Shown here in pieces: positions 26,254-37,762 of a DNA stretch of 64,000 nt. The notes below the pieces were generated by a model that ran no database searches, was not told where the DNA came from, and worked only from the letters and a program-made list of their open reading frames with translations. Within the stretch, counting starts at the first letter, position 1; every line of letters begins with the position of its first letter. A program made the position numbers and the translations under genes. This DNA comes from an uncultured Gammaproteobacteria bacterium (GTDB lineage Bacteria > Pseudomonadota > Gammaproteobacteria > GCA-002705445 > GCA-002716945), in NCBI GenBank assembly GCA_902535975.1, contig CACAVP010000004.1, positions 1,719-65,718 of the forward strand. The letters run 5' to 3'.

Positions 26254-29200
26254 GAATAATGACATAAGCAGCATTCTTGTGATAGGTGCTGGACCAATTA
26301 TTATTGGTCAAGCATGTGAATTTGATTACTCAGGTGTTCAAGCGTGCAAGGCGCTAAAGGAAGAGGGCATTAAAACAATTCTAGTAAATTCGAACCCAGC
26401 AACTATCATGACTGACCCTGAAATGGCTGACAAAATTTACATAGAGCCTATACATTGGAGAAATATAGAAAAGATCATAGCAATCGAAAAACCCGATGCA
26501 ATTCTTCCAACGATGGGAGGTCAAACTGCATTGAACACAACTCTAGACCTTAATAGACACAAGATTCTTCAGAAATATGGCGTCAAAATCATTGGGGCTA
26601 GTGTCAACTCAATTGATATGGCTGAAGACAGAGAACTGTTTAAAAAAGCAATGGAGGATATTGGCCTCTTAACTCCCAGGGCCCAAGTTGCAAAAGATTT
26701 CGATAAAGCATTAGTCATTCAGAAAGATATCGGTTATCCAATAATTATCAGACCTTCATTTACATTGGGTGGGTCAGGTGGCGGAATAGCTTACAACAAG
26801 CAGGATTTTGAAAAAATAGTCAAAAGAGGGTTAGATCTATCACCTACAAATGAGGTGTTATTAGAGGAGTCAGTGATCGGTTGGAAAGAATTTGAAATGG
26901 AAGTGGTCAGGGATAAAAATGATAACTGTATCATTGTTTGTTCTATTGAAAACTTCGATGCAATGGGCGTTCATACAGGAGATTCTATCACAGTAGCCCC
27001 CGCTCAAACTCTTACTGATAAGGAGTATCAAAATCTGAGGAATCAATCAATACAAGTTCTCAGAAAAATTGGTGTAGATACAGGAGGCTCAAATGTTCAG
27101 TTTGCTGTAAATCCACAAGATGGGAAAATTTATGTCATTGAGATGAATCCAAGAGTGTCTAGGTCATCTGCACTAGCATCAAAAGCTACAGGATTTCCGA
27201 TTGCTAAAGTTGCAGCCAAACTGGCAATTGGATACACACTCGATGAATTGAGAAATGATATAACAGGAGGTATTATTCCATCCTCATTTGAGCCAAGTAT
27301 TGATTATGTCGTAACAAAAATACCCAGATTTGCATTCGAGAAATTCAAAGAAGCTGACCCACATTTAACAACTCAAATGAAATCTGTTGGTGAGGTAATG
27401 GCAATTGGAGGTAGTTTTAAAGAATCTCTTCAAAAGGCTTTAAGGGGTCTTGAGATAGGAATTGATGGCTTATCAGAAATCCAATTTGAAGATTCGCTAT
27501 CATCAAAGGAGATACGTGATCTGATTTTCAAAGAGATATCAACTCCATCCGCTAACAGAATTCTATATATCGCTCAGGCATTTAGAGCGGGCATGTCTAT
27601 TGATGAGGTTTTTAATTTATGTTTTATTGATAGATGGTTTTTACTGCAAATTAAAGAGCTTGTTGATTCTGAGATAAGTCTTAAAAATAAGTCGCTAGAG
27701 TCAATATCAGATAGTCTGAGGGATCTTAAGTCTGATGGCTTTTCTGATAAAAGATTAGCAAATATTTTAACAACAACAGAGAGTGAAGTCAGAGATTTCA
27801 GGCGCAGGAAGTCTATAAGCCCTGTTTTCAAAAGAATAGATACATGTGCAGCTGAGTTCGAATCCTCCACAGCTTATATGTACTCTACATATTCAGATTT
27901 TTGTGAATCCCATCCTACAAAGAATAAAAAGGTAGTTATTCTTGGTGGCGGTCCTAATAGAATTGGGCAAGGTATTGAATTTGATTACTGTTGTGTCCAT
28001 GCATCAATGGCACTAAGAAATGCTGGATATGAAACAATAATGATTAACTGTAATCCAGAGACTGTCTCAACCGATTATGACACTTCAGATCGCCTGTATT
28101 TTGAGCCACTTACAGTTGAAGATGTATTATCTGTTATCGATATTGAGAAACCATGGGGAGTAATAGTTCAATATGGAGGACAGACACCTCTTAAGCTTGC
28201 GAGCGAACTTGAAGAATGCGGCGTTAATATAATCGGCACATCTCCTGATTCTATTGATCTAGCAGAGGACAGAGAGAGATTTAAAGTTTTAATAGAATCG
28301 CTCTCTCTTAAACAACCTTTAAATAAAACTGTCATAACAGTCCAAGAGGCAAAGGAATCTGCTGAGAGCATTGGCTATCCAATTGTTGTTAGGCCTTCAT
28401 ATGTTCTGGGCGGAAGAGCAATGGAAATTGTCACCAATACATCTGATCTCGAGAAATATATGAAGGAGGCTGTAGATGTATCAGATGACTCACCAATCCT
28501 TCTAGATAAGTTTTTAAACGATGCAATTGAAGTTGATATTGATTTACTCTCTGACGGAGAGGAGGTTTATGTTGCTGGCATAATGGAGCATATAGAAGAA
28601 GCAGGGATTCACTCAGGTGATTCAGGATGTTCACTTCCACCTTATACTCTGAGTAATGACATAGTTGCTGAACTTAAACAACAAGCCTCTAGACTTGCTA
28701 TCGCTCTGAAAGTGATCGGATTGATGAACGCGCAGTTTGCAATTAAGGAAAATGAAATATTTCTCCTCGAGGCAAATCCAAGGGCGTCAAGAACAGCTCC
28801 ATTTGTTTCAAAAGCTGTAGGCATACAGTTAGCCAAGCTTGGAGCGTTGGTCATGTCTGGAATGAAAATTAAAGACTTAGATTTACCAAACATGTCTAAC
28901 AACCGACCCTATTTCTCTGTAAAAGAAGCAGTCTTTCCGTTTTCTAAATTTCCTGAAGTAGATGTTCTACTTGGACCAGAGATGAAATCAACTGGCGAAG
29001 TCATGGGATTTGGGAAAACTTTTGGAGAGGCATACTTTAAGGCTCAAAGAGCTGCTGGAGTGATTTTGCCAAAAGAGGGTAATGTTTTTATAAGCGTGAG
29101 AGATCATGACAAAGAACCAATTTGTGAAGTTGCATCAGAATTAATAGATATGGGTTTTAAAATTTATGCAACATCAGGCACATTCTTTTATCTAGCAGAT

Positions 29201-29473
29201 GCCGGGATTGTTTGTTCCAAAATAAATAAAGTAAAAGACGGTCATCCGCACATTGTAGATATGATAAAAAATAACGAGGTTCATTTAATTATTAACACTA
29301 CCGAGGGAGCGAGATCTATTAAAGATTCTTTTTCAATTCGAAAAGAGGCTCAAAATCATAAAATATCACTAACAACTACAGTTTCTGGAGCGAAAGCTTT
29401 TTGTAAAGCTATAAAATTTATCGATGACTTTGGGGCACAAGATTTAAAACAAAGGCACAAATCAATCTCATAA
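26246..29473 (+). CDS. carB: Carbamoyl-phosphate synthase large subunit
   Basis: The true start is ATG 26246 ([30 protein letters not shown]). Duplicated ATP-grasp halves are present; the second begins [19 protein letters not shown]. An MGS-like C-terminal domain follows. It overlaps carA by 8 nt. Confidence 0.95.
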   Translation: MPKNNDISSILVIGAGPIIIGQACEFDYSGVQACKALKEEGIKTILVNSNPATIMTDPEMADKIYIEPIHWRNIEKIIAIEKPDAILPTMGGQTALNTTLDLNRHKILQKYGVKIIGASVNSIDMAEDRELFKKAMEDIGLLTPRAQVAKDFDKALVIQKDIGYPIIIRPSFTLGGSGGGIAYNKQDFEKIVKRGLDLSPTNEVLLEESVIGWKEFEMEVVRDKNDNCIIVCSIENFDAMGVHTGDSITVAPAQTLTDKEYQNLRNQSIQVLRKIGVDTGGSNVQFAVNPQDGKIYVIEMNPRVSRSSALASKATGFPIAKVAAKLAIGYTLDELRNDITGGIIPSSFEPSIDYVVTKIPRFAFEKFKEADPHLTTQMKSVGEVMAIGGSFKESLQKALRGLEIGIDGLSEIQFEDSLSSKEIRDLIFKEISTPSANRILYIAQAFRAGMSIDEVFNLCFIDRWFLLQIKELVDSEISLKNKSLESISDSLRDLKSDGFSDKRLANILTTTESEVRDFRRRKSISPVFKRIDTCAAEFESSTAYMYSTYSDFCESHPTKNKKVVILGGGPNRIGQGIEFDYCCVHASMALRNAGYETIMINCNPETVSTDYDTSDRLYFEPLTVEDVLSVIDIEKPWGVIVQYGGQTPLKLASELEECGVNIIGTSPDSIDLAEDRERFKVLIESLSLKQPLNKTVITVQEAKESAESIGYPIVVRPSYVLGGRAMEIVTNTSDLEKYMKEAVDVSDDSPILLDKFLNDAIEVDIDLLSDGEEVYVAGIMEHIEEAGIHSGDSGCSLPPYTLSNDIVAELKQQASRLAIALKVIGLMNAQFAIKENEIFLLEANPRASRTAPFVSKAVGIQLAKLGALVMSGMKIKDLDLPNMSNNRPYFSVKEAVFPFSKFPEVDVLLGPEMKSTGEVMGFGKTFGEAYFKAQRAAGVILPKEGNVFISVRDHDKEPICEVASELIDMGFKIYATSGTFFYLADAGIVCSKINKVKDGHPHIVDMIKNNEVHLIINTTEGARSIKDSFSIRKEAQNHKISLTTTVSGAKAFCKAIKFIDDFGAQDLKQRHKSIS

Positions 29474-29476
29474 AGT

Positions 29477-30697
29477 TCAAGAGTTGAAAATTTTCTCATT
29501 TATTTTTCTCTCGCTTGATGCAATAACACAACTAATGCAAATGTCACCGCTTACATTGACAGATGTCCTCATCATGTCTAGAAGCCTATCTACACCCAGT
29601 AAAAGCGTAATTCCCTCAAGCGGTATTCCTATCTGAGTAAATATTACAGTCAGCATGATAATACCCGCGCTTGGAATTCCTGCTGTGCCTATTGAGGCAA
29701 TCGTTGCTGTAATGACAATCGTAACTATTTCATTTATTCCAAGATCAATTCCATAAAGGCTAGCCAAGAAAAAAGTAGCGCATCCTTGCATGATGGCAGT
29801 ACCATCCATATTAATTGTTGCTCCCAGAGGAACCGTGAAAGTACTTATCGACTTATCTATCCCATACTTTTTCTCAGCAACCCTCAGTGTAAATGGTATT
29901 GATGCGCTACTGCTAGACGTACTAAAAGTAAAAATAACTACATCTTTTAAGTTTTGAAAAAACTTAACTGGATTTAAAGCGGTAAAAAATTTGATTAAGA
30001 TTGAAAAAGTGAAAAAGAAATGAAATAAGAGTACAAAAACAACAGTAAAAAAGTATCCGGCTAACGACATTATAGTTTCTATACCTTGTGTTGAAAAAGT
30101 TTTTGCTAGAATGCAGAATACCGCTATTGGTGTGAATGATATTATTAATTTTATAAGTTCATTGATAACATCGTTAAAATCATAGAAGTACTGAATAAAT
30201 GTTTTAATTCTGTTTTTTATTCTTGCAGCTGATATTCCTATCAATACTGCAAAAATGAGTAAATGAATTATATTGCCATCAGATAAAGACTTAAAAATAT
30301 TATTAGGAAAAATGTTTCCATCAGTTTCAATGTTTTCAATGTTTATAACGTTATCTAAGTTTTTCATCTCAATTGGTTCATAATTTATAAAAGATGAAAA
30401 CAATAGACCAAGTGAAATTGCGATTACAGTCGTAGTTGTGTATAGCAACAATGTTTTTATACCTAATCTTGATATAGACACATCATCTGATAAGGATACA
30501 ATGCCGCAGACTATCGAGAAAAATATTAGAGGAACTATAACTAGTTTTAGTGATGATAAGAAGAGGTAAGAGACTAAATCTAATAAATTAACTACATAGG
30601 TGCCCAAGGAAGATTCAATTAAACTAGTAAGATTAAAAGTAACGCCAATCAAAATACCCAAAATCATTGAGACAATGATCTTCTTTGTAAATGACAT
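29477..30697 (-). CDS. Dicarboxylate/amino acid:cation symporter (DAACS family)
   Basis: The 406-aa polytopic product has the family motifs GATINMDGTA and GVDRLLDMMRTSVNVSGD. Confidence 0.8.
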   Translation of the reverse strand: MSFTKKIIVSMILGILIGVTFNLTSLIESSLGTYVVNLLDLVSYLFLSSLKLVIVPLIFFSIVCGIVSLSDDVSISRLGIKTLLLYTTTTVIAISLGLLFSSFINYEPIEMKNLDNVINIENIETDGNIFPNNIFKSLSDGNIIHLLIFAVLIGISAARIKNRIKTFIQYFYDFNDVINELIKLIISFTPIAVFCILAKTFSTQGIETIMSLAGYFFTVVFVLLFHFFFTFSILIKFFTALNPVKFFQNLKDVVIFTFSTSSSSASIPFTLRVAEKKYGIDKSISTFTVPLGATINMDGTAIMQGCATFFLASLYGIDLGINEIVTIVITATIASIGTAGIPSAGIIMLTVIFTQIGIPLEGITLLLGVDRLLDMMRTSVNVSGDICISCVIASSERKINEKIFNS

Positions 30698-31206
30698 TAT
30701 TGATCTAGGGAGTCTAAAGCGGCTTGATAGTCTGGTTCGTTAGCAATTTCCGAGACAAGCTCTGAATGAAGTATTTTATTTTCAGGTGATATTGTAACAA
30801 CTGCTCTGGAGGTTATGCCAGATAAAGGACCATCAATAAGGAGTACCCCATAGTCCTTTGCAAAATTACGCGATCGCATCATGGAAACTGGTATAACATT
30901 ATCCAGTGACTCAGAGGTACAGAACCGCTTCATAGCAAAAGGAAGGTCGCTTGAAACGATCAACATGACAGTGTTGTTAAGTTTTGATACTTTTTCGTTA
31001 AATATTAGTGTTGATTTTTGACACACTGGTGTATCTAAGCTGGGCACGATACTTAAAATCTTATTTTTACCCTCATAACTAGCAAGGCTTACATCGTTAA
31101 GATCAGAATTAACTAAAATAAAATCTGGTGCAGATTCTCCAGCTTTAACTATTTCTGAATTAGTGTTAACTTCATTTCCTTTCAGTGTTACTTTAGCCAT
31201 TGACAT
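30697..31206 (-). CDS. tpx: Thiol peroxidase
   Basis: The 169-aa product has the peroxidatic Cys in SLDTPVCQ and the resolving Cys in MKRFCTSE. Confidence 0.9.
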   Translation of the reverse strand: MSMAKVTLKGNEVNTNSEIVKAGESAPDFILVNSDLNDVSLASYEGKNKILSIVPSLDTPVCQKSTLIFNEKVSKLNNTVMLIVSSDLPFAMKRFCTSESLDNVIPVSMMRSRNFAKDYGVLLIDGPLSGITSRAVVTISPENKILHSELVSEIANEPDYQAALDSLDQ

Positions 31207-31219
31207 AGATTATAACGTA

Positions 31220-31831
31220 ATGACAAAAAAGAAAAGTACAAAAAATTGGCTCAAGAAACACACAAAAGATAAATATGTTAGAATGTCTATGACATCTCGC
31301 TATAGATCAAGAGCATTCTATAAACTCCAAGAAATTGACGAAAAGTACAAGGTTATTAAGTCTGCAAACAGCATTATTGATCTTGGATCATCACCTGGAT
31401 CTTGGTCGGAGTACATATCACGCAATTATAGGCATAAAAAACTTATTGCCGTTGACCAGATAGTTATGGAGCCAATTGAAGGTGTTAGATTTATTCATGG
31501 TGACATCAATAACTCTGAGCATAGAGATAAAATCAGGCAAATTATAACAAATACTGACCTTGTTTTATCAGATATTGCCCCTAACATTACTGGTATAGAA
31601 GATGTTGATCAGGCTCATTTTTTTGAGATATTTGAATCAATTTCAAGTATTTGTTCAGATTTTCTTAATAAAAAAGGAATTTTAGTTATGAAGTTTTTTA
31701 ATGGATTATCGTGTGATTTAGTAAAAAAGAGATTGAAAAAGCTATTTAATGAAGTAAATACTTATAAACCTGATTCGTCTAGATCCAGAAGTAATGAGAT
31801 TTTCTTTATTTGTATTGGCTATAAAGACTGA
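31220..31831 (+). CDS. rlmE: 23S rRNA (uridine2552-2'-O)-methyltransferase
   Basis: I moved the start to ATG 31220 (MTKKKSTKNWLKKH...). Motifs are YRSRAFYKL.EID, the SAM motif DLGSSPGSWS, and VLSDIAPN. Its position upstream of ftsH is conserved. Confidence 0.9.
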   Translation: MTKKKSTKNWLKKHTKDKYVRMSMTSRYRSRAFYKLQEIDEKYKVIKSANSIIDLGSSPGSWSEYISRNYRHKKLIAVDQIVMEPIEGVRFIHGDINNSEHRDKIRQIITNTDLVLSDIAPNITGIEDVDQAHFFEIFESISSICSDFLNKKGILVMKFFNGLSCDLVKKRLKKLFNEVNTYKPDSSRSRSNEIFFICIGYKD

Positions 31832-31892
31832 TATGATTGAAATTAATGTTTAATAATGTCAAACTTAGAATGATTCTAAAAAAGGAGTACTA

Positions 31893-33803
31893 ATGGGAGA
31901 TTTAGTTAAAAATTTAGTTATATGGACTATAATTGCCGTGGTGATTATGTCACTATTTTCCGGTGTCGGCGGAAGAAATGCCACATCACAAGAATTTAAT
32001 TACACTGATTTTATGCAACAGGTCCAGACAGGACAAGTTGAAGAAGTCACGATATCAGGTCGAGAAATCATCGGTACTTTCAAATCAGGCGAAACTTTCA
32101 TGACCTACAGTCCGGAGACTAATAACTCTGCACTAATAGGTGAGCTAATCAAAGGTAAAGTTCGCATAAATGGAAAAGCACCAGAGAAACAGTCTTTCTT
32201 AGCACAGATATTCATACACTGGTTCCCATTTCTATTGCTCATTGGCGTTTGGATATTCTTCATGAGGCAAATGCAAGGTGGCGGTGGCGGCCGTGGCGCG
32301 ATGTCTTTTGGCAAAAGTAAAGCTAAAATGCAAACTGAGGATCAAGTCAAAGTTACATTCAAAGACGTTGCTGGAGTTGAAGAGGCTAAAGAGGAAGTAA
32401 AAGAGCTAGTGGATTTTCTAAGAGATCCTGCAAAATTTCAGAATTTGGGTGGAAACATTCCTCGCGGTGTCTTGATGTCTGGTTCACCTGGAACGGGTAA
32501 AACCTTATTAGCTAGAGCAATCGCTGGTGAAGCTAAAGTACCATTTTTTACTATCTCGGGTTCTGATTTCGTTGAGATGTTTGTCGGTGTTGGTGCATCG
32601 AGAGTAAGGGACATGTTTGAACAAGCAAAAAAACATTCTCCATGCATTATTTTCATTGATGAGATCGATGCTGTTGGACGACACAGAGGAGCTGGTCTAG
32701 GCGGCGGTCATGATGAACGTGAACAAACACTTAACCAACTTCTAGTTGAGATGGATGGTTTTGAGGGCAATGAGGGAGTTATTGTGATTGCAGCAACAAA
32801 CAGACCAGATGTACTCGATCCAGCTTTACTTCGTCCTGGAAGATTCGATAGACAAGTTACAGTTCCTCTTCCTGATATACGCGGAAGGGAGCAAATCTTA
32901 AAGGTGCACATGAGGAAAACTCCTATCGCTAACGATGTAAATCCAAAAATACTTGCGAGAGGTACCCCCGGTTTCTCTGGAGCTGATCTTGCAAATCTTG
33001 TAAATGAAGCAGCGCTGTTTGCTGCAAGAGCCAACAAAAAAATTGTAGACATGGATGATTTTGAAAAAGCTAAAGACAAAATCCTCATGGGAGGAGAGAG
33101 AAAGTCTATGGTAATGAATGATGATGAAAAAAAACTCACTGCTTATCATGAAGCAGGTCATGCTGTAGTTGGAAGACTTGTACCGGATCATGATCCTGTA
33201 TATAAAGTTAGTATCATTCCAAGAGGAAGAGCGCTCGGTGTAACAATGTTTTTACCTGAAGAAGATAGGTACAGCAACAGTAGGCAACGTATTAATAGCA
33301 TGATAGCTGCACTTTTCGGCGGAAGAGTCGCAGAAGAATTAATCTTCGGTGATGATGCAGTTACTACTGGTGCATCCAATGATATTGAGCGAGCAACTGA
33401 TCTAGCAAGAAATATGGTTACAAAGTGGGGACTGTCAGATAAAATGGGCCCACTTGCTTACGGAGAGGAACAACAAGAAGTCTTTCTTGGTAAATCTGCA
33501 TCTCAAAACAACAAGAATATTTCTAATGAAACTGCAAGCTCTATTGATGGTGAGATAAGAAAAATAATTGATACTCAATACTCAAGAGCTACGAAACTTA
33601 TTAAAGATAATCTTGATAAAATGCACCTAATGGCAGATGCCTTGATGAAGTATGAAACTATTGACTCAGATCAAATAGATCAAATTATGGAAGGTAAAGT
33701 TCCTGATGCCCCTGACAGCTGGTCAGATGATGATAGTAGTTCATCAGGCAAAAACGCTGATGTTGCATCAAAAGACAGCCCTTCAGCATCACCAGCATCA
33801 TAA
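31893..33803 (+). CDS. ftsH: ATP-dependent zinc metalloprotease FtsH
   Basis: The 636-aa product has an aaggag RBS, two N-terminal TM helices, Walker A GSPGTGKT, Walker B IIFIDEID, the SRH region and the Zn site HEAGHA. Confidence 0.97.
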   Translation: MGDLVKNLVIWTIIAVVIMSLFSGVGGRNATSQEFNYTDFMQQVQTGQVEEVTISGREIIGTFKSGETFMTYSPETNNSALIGELIKGKVRINGKAPEKQSFLAQIFIHWFPFLLLIGVWIFFMRQMQGGGGGRGAMSFGKSKAKMQTEDQVKVTFKDVAGVEEAKEEVKELVDFLRDPAKFQNLGGNIPRGVLMSGSPGTGKTLLARAIAGEAKVPFFTISGSDFVEMFVGVGASRVRDMFEQAKKHSPCIIFIDEIDAVGRHRGAGLGGGHDEREQTLNQLLVEMDGFEGNEGVIVIAATNRPDVLDPALLRPGRFDRQVTVPLPDIRGREQILKVHMRKTPIANDVNPKILARGTPGFSGADLANLVNEAALFAARANKKIVDMDDFEKAKDKILMGGERKSMVMNDDEKKLTAYHEAGHAVVGRLVPDHDPVYKVSIIPRGRALGVTMFLPEEDRYSNSRQRINSMIAALFGGRVAEELIFGDDAVTTGASNDIERATDLARNMVTKWGLSDKMGPLAYGEEQQEVFLGKSASQNNKNISNETASSIDGEIRKIIDTQYSRATKLIKDNLDKMHLMADALMKYETIDSDQIDQIMEGKVPDAPDSWSDDDSSSSGKNADVASKDSPSASPAS

Positions 33804-33816
33804 GACATAAAATCCA

Positions 33817-33853
33817 GTTCATGTTAGTATGTTAGAAGACTACTAACATGGAC
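33817..33853 (+). other. Stem-loop between ftsH and the nuclease gene (possible terminator or attenuator, no T-tract)
   Basis: The arm gttcatgttagta (33817-33829) pairs with tactaacatggac (33841-33853). This gives 13 bp including one G-U pair, and the inner 10 bp are perfect. The loop is 11 nt. Confidence 0.5.
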
Positions 33854-33860
33854 TATATTC

Positions 33861-34562
33861 TTGTTACACCTTTGGAATAAAAGATTTCATTATAACAATC
33901 TGAAAAGAGTTACTGATAGATCAGGCGCAAGACACTATAGCCTTGATGGCCATAGAGTCCCATCTGTTACAACAATTCTTGAAAAAACAAAATCTCAAAA
34001 AGAAAAAGATTCATTAAGCGCATGGAAAGCAAGAGTCGGATATACCGAGGCTAGTAGAATATCTAAAGAGTCAACAAGCAGAGGAGATAAGATGCACAAG
34101 CATCTTGAGGATGCCCTTCATGGAAAGCAGCACCTTGATTTTGTTGAAATTAGTGATGTTGAAAAGAAAATGTCAGAGGTGATTATTAATCAAGCGCTTG
34201 AAAAAAAACTTAATGAAATATGGGGCTGCGAGACTCCTTTGTATTATCCACATTCTCATGCTGGCACTACTGATCTTTGTGGAGTTTATGATAATAATGA
34301 ATCTATAATAGATTTTAAATCATCGAATAGAATAAAAAAAAGAGAATGGATAACAGATTATTTTTTACAAACATGTGCTTACGCATTAGCTCATAACCTT
34401 CAGCATAAAACTAATATTAGACAAGGAGTTATTTTGATTTGTACATCTAAATTTGAATTCCAAGAGTTTATAATTAAGGATAATGAGTTTTTGTGGTATC
34501 AAAAAAAGTTTGAAGATAGAGTTAGAAAGTATCAAGATCTAATGAGATTAGAAGATGAATAA
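33861..34562 (+). CDS. PD-(D/E)XK (RecB/Cas4-like fold, no Fe-S cysteines) nuclease-family protein, phage-exonuclease-like
   Basis: The 233-aa product has a putative TTG start; there is no in-frame ATG until codon 78. Motifs in order are PSVTTIL, HKHLED, GTTDL, IIDFKSS (D-x-K) and LQTCAYALA (Q..Y). Its stop overlaps the folP start by 8 nt. Confidence 0.6.
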   Translation: MLHLWNKRFHYNNLKRVTDRSGARHYSLDGHRVPSVTTILEKTKSQKEKDSLSAWKARVGYTEASRISKESTSRGDKMHKHLEDALHGKQHLDFVEISDVEKKMSEVIINQALEKKLNEIWGCETPLYYPHSHAGTTDLCGVYDNNESIIDFKSSNRIKKREWITDYFLQTCAYALAHNLQHKTNIRQGVILICTSKFEFQEFIIKDNEFLWYQKKFEDRVRKYQDLMRLEDE

Positions 34563-35352
34563 AATTGAAATCATGGGCGTCTTAAATATCACAGATAATT
34601 CATTTCATGATGGCGGTAAATACAACTCTTTTAAAGAGTCTTTCCAACATGCAAAAGAGATAATTCATGAAGGTGCTGATATCATAGATATTGGAGCAGA
34701 GTCGTCTAAACCAGGGTCTGAACCCGTATCAAGTAAAGTACAAATAAAAAAAATCGAGCCTGTAGTAGAGGCCATCAGAGAAATTTCTGATATACCAATC
34801 TCAATTGATACTCGGAGTTCTGATGTAATTAAAAAATTAACTAAATATAGGATAAACATTGTTAATGATATTTCAGCTTTACAAGATATGGGACTAATTG
34901 ATCTTATAAAAGAAAATAATTTAATGGTTTCATTGATGCATATGCAAGGTGTTCCTAAGAATATGCAAGACAATCCAGTTTATGGTGATGTCGTAGCTGA
35001 TGTATATGATTATCTAGAAAAAAAAGTACAATTGTGCGTTGATTCTGGCATTAATAAAAGCGATATAATTATTGACCCTGGATTCGGCTTCGGTAAAACT
35101 CTTGATCATAACTATTTGTTATTAAATAGTCTGAAGAAATATACTAAATTAGGGTGCCGTATTTTATCGGGAATTTCTAGAAAAAGTATGATAGGTAATG
35201 TAATAAATAAACCTCCATCAGAGAGATTGTATGGCTCTTTGGCTGCAACAGTGCTAGCTATAATAAATAAAGCCAGTATTTTACGCGTTCATGATGTCAG
35301 ACAAACCAGAGTATTACTGAATTTTAAAGATTTGATGATAGAAAAAACATGA
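34555..35352 (+). CDS. folP: Dihydropteroate synthase
   Basis: The 265-aa product has IMGVLNITDNSFHDGG, DIGAESSKPG, DPGFGFGKT and RVHDV. Confidence 0.9.
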   Translation: MNKIEIMGVLNITDNSFHDGGKYNSFKESFQHAKEIIHEGADIIDIGAESSKPGSEPVSSKVQIKKIEPVVEAIREISDIPISIDTRSSDVIKKLTKYRINIVNDISALQDMGLIDLIKENNLMVSLMHMQGVPKNMQDNPVYGDVVADVYDYLEKKVQLCVDSGINKSDIIIDPGFGFGKTLDHNYLLLNSLKKYTKLGCRILSGISRKSMIGNVINKPPSERLYGSLAATVLAIINKASILRVHDVRQTRVLLNFKDLMIEKT

Positions 35353-36680
35353 TCTTATTTGGCACTGATGGCATTAGAGGAAGGTATGGCGATTTCCCAC
35401 TTGACGATTCAACTATTAAAAAAATTGGGTGCTCAATTGCAAAATCATTTGGCAACACTGTTGAGAAAGTTATTATTGGACATGATGGAAGGGAGTCATG
35501 TGGCGCAATTCTAGATAGTCTAACTGATGGAATAAACTTCATTAATAATTACGATATAATCAACCTAGAGTTATTTCCAACACCCTCTCTACCTTTAATT
35601 CTCTCCGAAAATGATTCCGAAGATGCTATCGGGATTGAAATAACTGCTTCACATAATCCATATTTTGACAATGGCATAAAAATATTCAATAAAAATGGTT
35701 ATAAAATTTCGTCAGAATTAGAGAGAAAAATTGAGGAGACAGTTGCTGCTCAAGATGATATCAACAAAACTTCAAGTACTAAATTCATAAATAGCAGCCC
35801 AATGAAATCAGTCTATATAGATTTTATATCTGGACTACTAGCGTCAATAAAAAAATGCCCAACCCATCTAAATGTTGCAGTTGATTGTGCAAATGGCGCT
35901 ACATCACGTGTGATAAATGACATTACGTTTCCAGATAATATATCTTTGAATATATTTAATAATTCTCCTAATGGTGTAAATATAAACGATAAATGTGGAG
36001 CAGTTTATCCTGAATATTTATCTAATCTAATATCAAAAATAAACAAAAAAAACGATGAGGAGTATGTTGATTTTGGTATTTGTTTTGATGGTGATGGAGA
36101 TAGAGCAATATTAATTGACAGCTCAGGAAATATTTTAGATGGTGACGATCTTCTATATATTTTCTCCTCCGACCCTAAGATAAGCAATAAAGTAGTGGGT
36201 ACAGTTATGACAAACTTCGGGATAAGGAGAAGTCTGAAAGAAAATGGAATAGATTTTATAGAATCTGATGTTGGGGACAAAAATGTGCTCGAAGCTATGA
36301 TTACACATGATGCATTTTTGGGCGCTGAATCATCAGGACATATTATACAAAGCGGTTTAGCGAGTATACCGATTGGAGATGGTCTAATAACTATGACTAA
36401 AATTATTGATCTATTATGTACTAGAAACAAAAAAATCGAGGAACTTTATCCTGTAAATCTCAAAATACCGTCTAAACTAATAAACATACATACCTCATCA
36501 CCTGATCAACTTCTCAAGGACAATAATTTAATATTTTCTAATGTTGAAGAAATTATTGGAAATAGTGGTAGAATCTTTGTAAGAAAATCAGGAACACAGT
36601 CATTAATCAGAATTCTTATAGAGCATGAATCAAATGAAGTTTTGGAATTAGCAGAACAAAAAATTAAATTGATAAGATAA
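35349..36680 (+). CDS. glmM: Phosphoglucosamine mutase
   Basis: The 443-aa product has FGTDGIRG, the phosphoserine loop ITASHNPYFDNGIK, FDGDGDR and GAESSGH. Confidence 0.93.
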   Translation: MILFGTDGIRGRYGDFPLDDSTIKKIGCSIAKSFGNTVEKVIIGHDGRESCGAILDSLTDGINFINNYDIINLELFPTPSLPLILSENDSEDAIGIEITASHNPYFDNGIKIFNKNGYKISSELERKIEETVAAQDDINKTSSTKFINSSPMKSVYIDFISGLLASIKKCPTHLNVAVDCANGATSRVINDITFPDNISLNIFNNSPNGVNINDKCGAVYPEYLSNLISKINKKNDEEYVDFGICFDGDGDRAILIDSSGNILDGDDLLYIFSSDPKISNKVVGTVMTNFGIRRSLKENGIDFIESDVGDKNVLEAMITHDAFLGAESSGHIIQSGLASIPIGDGLITMTKIIDLLCTRNKKIEELYPVNLKIPSKLINIHTSSPDQLLKDNNLIFSNVEEIIGNSGRIFVRKSGTQSLIRILIEHESNEVLELAEQKIKLIR

Positions 36681-37438
36681 TGTCAAAAAAGATTATAGCA
36701 GGAAATTGGAAACAAAATGGAACCCTGAAAAGCTCCATCAGTCTTACTAAAAAAGTTCTTCAAGCTGTAAAGAAGGAAAAATATAACCACGAAATCATCA
36801 TTATTCCTCCCTCTATATTTCTGTTACCTGTCAAAGATTTAATTCACAAGACTCCAATAAAATTAGGAGCTCAGAATGTGTCTGCTTTTAACGATGGCGC
36901 ATATACTGGTGAAATATCTGGCTCAATGTTAAAAGACTCTAGAGTAGATTATTGTTTAGTCGGACACTCAGAGAGACGGCATATACTTAATGAAGATGAA
37001 TCTGTCTTTTCTAGTAAAGTAAGTCGTTTAATCGATAATGATATCGCAGTTATTTATTGTTTTGGGGAAACACTAAATGACTATAAAAATAAAAAAACAA
37101 AGTTAATAATAAAGAGGCAATTGAAAAAGTTATTATTGAATAACGAAAATAATTTAAAAAAACATCCAAGCAAATTAATTTTAGCATATGAACCAGTTTG
37201 GGCTATTGGCACAGGACTAGTACCCTCGCCAGAAGAATTAGTAAGCATTTTTAAATATATAAGAGATACAGTAAATAATTTGGACAAGAAGTACGCATCC
37301 ATAAAACTTCTCTATGGTGGAAGTGTTACACCAGATAATGCATCATCTTTGATGGGTACTGAGCACATAGATGGACTTCTGATTGGTGGTGCATCATTAA
37401 TAGCAAAAAAATTTATTGATATTTGCTCTACAATTTGA
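36680..37438 (+). CDS. tpiA: Triosephosphate isomerase
   Basis: The 252-aa product has IAGNWKQNG, VGHSERR, AYEPVWAIGTG and YGGSV. Confidence 0.93.
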   Translation: MSKKIIAGNWKQNGTLKSSISLTKKVLQAVKKEKYNHEIIIIPPSIFLLPVKDLIHKTPIKLGAQNVSAFNDGAYTGEISGSMLKDSRVDYCLVGHSERRHILNEDESVFSSKVSRLIDNDIAVIYCFGETLNDYKNKKTKLIIKRQLKKLLLNNENNLKKHPSKLILAYEPVWAIGTGLVPSPEELVSIFKYIRDTVNNLDKKYASIKLLYGGSVTPDNASSLMGTEHIDGLLIGGASLIAKKFIDICSTI

Positions 37439-37450
37439 GATAAATACACA

Positions 37451-37762
37451 ATGCAAACAGCGCTATTAACTATACACATAATTCTCGCAGTAATCCTTGT
37501 AGTTCTCGTTCTCGTGCAACAAGGAAAAGGAGCTGATGCTGGGGCAGCTTTCGGTTCAGGAGCCTCTTCTACTGTTTTTGGCGCTAGAGGAAACGCAACT
37601 TTTCTTAATAAATTGACAACAATAGTTGCACTGAGTTTCTTTGTTACAAGTTTGAGTCTTGCATACATATCTTCAAATAAAAGTCAGACATCAAAAAGCC
37701 TTATAAATGAGACGGTCAAAGAAGAGATAGTTGACGATCAAGAAAAATTTGATAAACCCTAA
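37451..37762 (+). CDS. secG: Preprotein translocase subunit SecG
   Basis: The 103-aa product has two TM helices flanking the Gly-rich loop [24 protein letters not shown]. The tpiA-secG-tRNA-Leu order is conserved. Confidence 0.85.
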   Translation: MQTALLTIHIILAVILVVLVLVQQGKGADAGAAFGSGASSTVFGARGNATFLNKLTTIVALSFFVTSLSLAYISSNKSQTSKSLINETVKEEIVDDQEKFDKP

